From an uncultured bacterium (GTDB lineage Bacteria; Zixibacteria; MSB-5A5; JAABVY01; JAHJOQ01): a stretch of DNA of 16,789 nt. Position numbers and translations under genes: made by a program. Below, piece by piece: positions 15,978 through 16,789 of the stretch (the stretch's first letter is position 1; each line of letters opens with the position of its first letter). The notes beneath the pieces are model-generated. The model had not been told where the DNA came from, did not search any database, and saw only the letters and a list, made by a program, of their open reading frames with translations. Location: NCBI GenBank assembly GCA_965369655.1, contig CBDUQR010000054.1:1-16789 (forward strand), given 5' to 3'.

Positions 15978-16136
15978 TCAATAAGACTTTACTTCTTGCT
16001 TGTTTTTGCCGGAGTCTGTCCGGGAGTTATGATAGCTTATCAAGTGATGGCATTTCCGCGACGGTGCTCCTGACGGGAATCTAACAATCGGCTGTCCAAC
16101 ATCCATGAGAATAGCCTTGATTCGCTTATCCGACAT
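15978..16136 (-). pseudogene. 52-aa ORF whose N-terminus resembles HAD-hydrolase motif I; probable truncated remnant
   Basis: Hand translation [52 protein letters not shown]. The first 20 aa fit the HAD IKAILFDVGGTL pattern. Preceded by TTGGCA-N17-TATCAT-N5-ATG. Confidence 0.45.
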
Positions 16137-16141
16137 ATTCA

Positions 16142-16170
16142 ATGATAAGCAATTGCGTCACTGTTGCCAA
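16142..16170 (-). promoter_or_regulatory. Putative sigma-70 promoter upstream of the HAD-like ORF and comM
   Basis: Minus strand TTGGCA (16170-16165), 17 nt, TATCAT (16147-16142). Confidence 0.45.
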
Positions 16171-16230
16171 ATGGGAAGTTAATTCGGGGAGGTGACAGAA
16201 TCTGTCACAGAATCTTCGTAGGGCGATTTG

Positions 16231-16620
16231 TCAGCCTACTGGATGCGGAGAGAATTCGAGCTTGTACTCACGGAATCCGATGATATAACCGTCCGGGTCG
16301 GTCACAAAGAAGTACTTCCCAAAGTCGTATTCCTTTACGCCTCCAATCGGCTCAATGCCTGCGGTTTCGAGCCTGGAAACCAATCTCTCGGAATGGTCAA
16401 CCTCGAAATTGACAGAGACGCCGATTGTGCCAAAAGGCATATCTTTGTCGGTCAGATTCCTGCTCTTTCTGTGCAAAGCCAGGTGGACATCGCCAAGCAC
16501 GAACTCTGCCCACCCCGGGCTCTTGAACTTGAGCGGAATGCCGAGATTATCCCTGTAGAAACCGACTGATATATCGATATCCGTCACAAGCAGTATGATG
16601 GTATCGATGCGCTTGATCAT
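16231..16620 (-). CDS. VOC / glyoxalase-bleomycin resistance family protein (129 aa)
   Basis: MIKRIDTIILLVTDIDISVGFYRDNLG...WAEF...VNFEVD...FGKYFFVTDPDGYIIGF; GGAG SD before ATG 16620 (the upstream extension to 16761 does not look coding). Confidence 0.9.
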   Translation of the reverse strand: MIKRIDTIILLVTDIDISVGFYRDNLGIPLKFKSPGWAEFVLGDVHLALHRKSRNLTDKDMPFGTIGVSVNFEVDHSERLVSRLETAGIEPIGGVKEYDFGKYFFVTDPDGYIIGFREYKLEFSPHPVG

Positions 16621-16789
16621 GAGGCGTCTCCAAAAATCTCCTTCATTATGTTCTACGGTCACAGCACTCGTTATCTTTAGTGCGGTAACAGCCAATGATA
16701 CAATGTGTTCTGAAACGGAACGACGGGAGTTTAGAAAATCGACATAGGTAGGCTCTCGCAAGCTTTCCCTGTCACACCACCGGGCGTAC

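Noticed and set aside
16154-16169. Sigma-54-like TGGCAAC-AGTG-ACGCA upstream of comM
   Set aside because: It has several mismatches in both boxes and no TGTAC-N6-GTACA site nearby; the same bases fit better as a sigma-70 -35 with a 17-bp spacer.

Overview
Bacterial chromosomal window, probably from the FCB superphylum (Zixibacteria/KSB1-like; inferred only from a C-terminal T9SS type-A/FlgD-like sorting domain). Left to right: a YiiX/YebB-like permuted papain-fold enzyme and a large secreted S8 protease. Next is a nested REP/MITE repeat cluster, then a self-contained sigma-54 module. In this module a sensor kinase and an NtrC/AtoC-type activator sit between two outward-pointing sigma-54 promoters. 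Each promoter has the same TGTAC-N6-GTACA palindrome about 135 bp upstream. One drives a four-repeat helical periplasmic protein plus an outer-membrane beta-barrel; the other drives a Cys-rich lipoprotein with eight G-x-[FL]-x-G-x-W repeats. After the module come a small Zn-ribbon gene, a second inverted copy of the REP cluster, and an RRM RNA-binding gene with a structured leader that can sequester its SD. The right end holds an AT-richer two-gene islet (including a PIN-like candidate nuclease), intact comM/yifB, a short HAD-like remnant ORF and a VOC/glyoxalase gene. All calls come from reading motifs by eye; no database searches were run.
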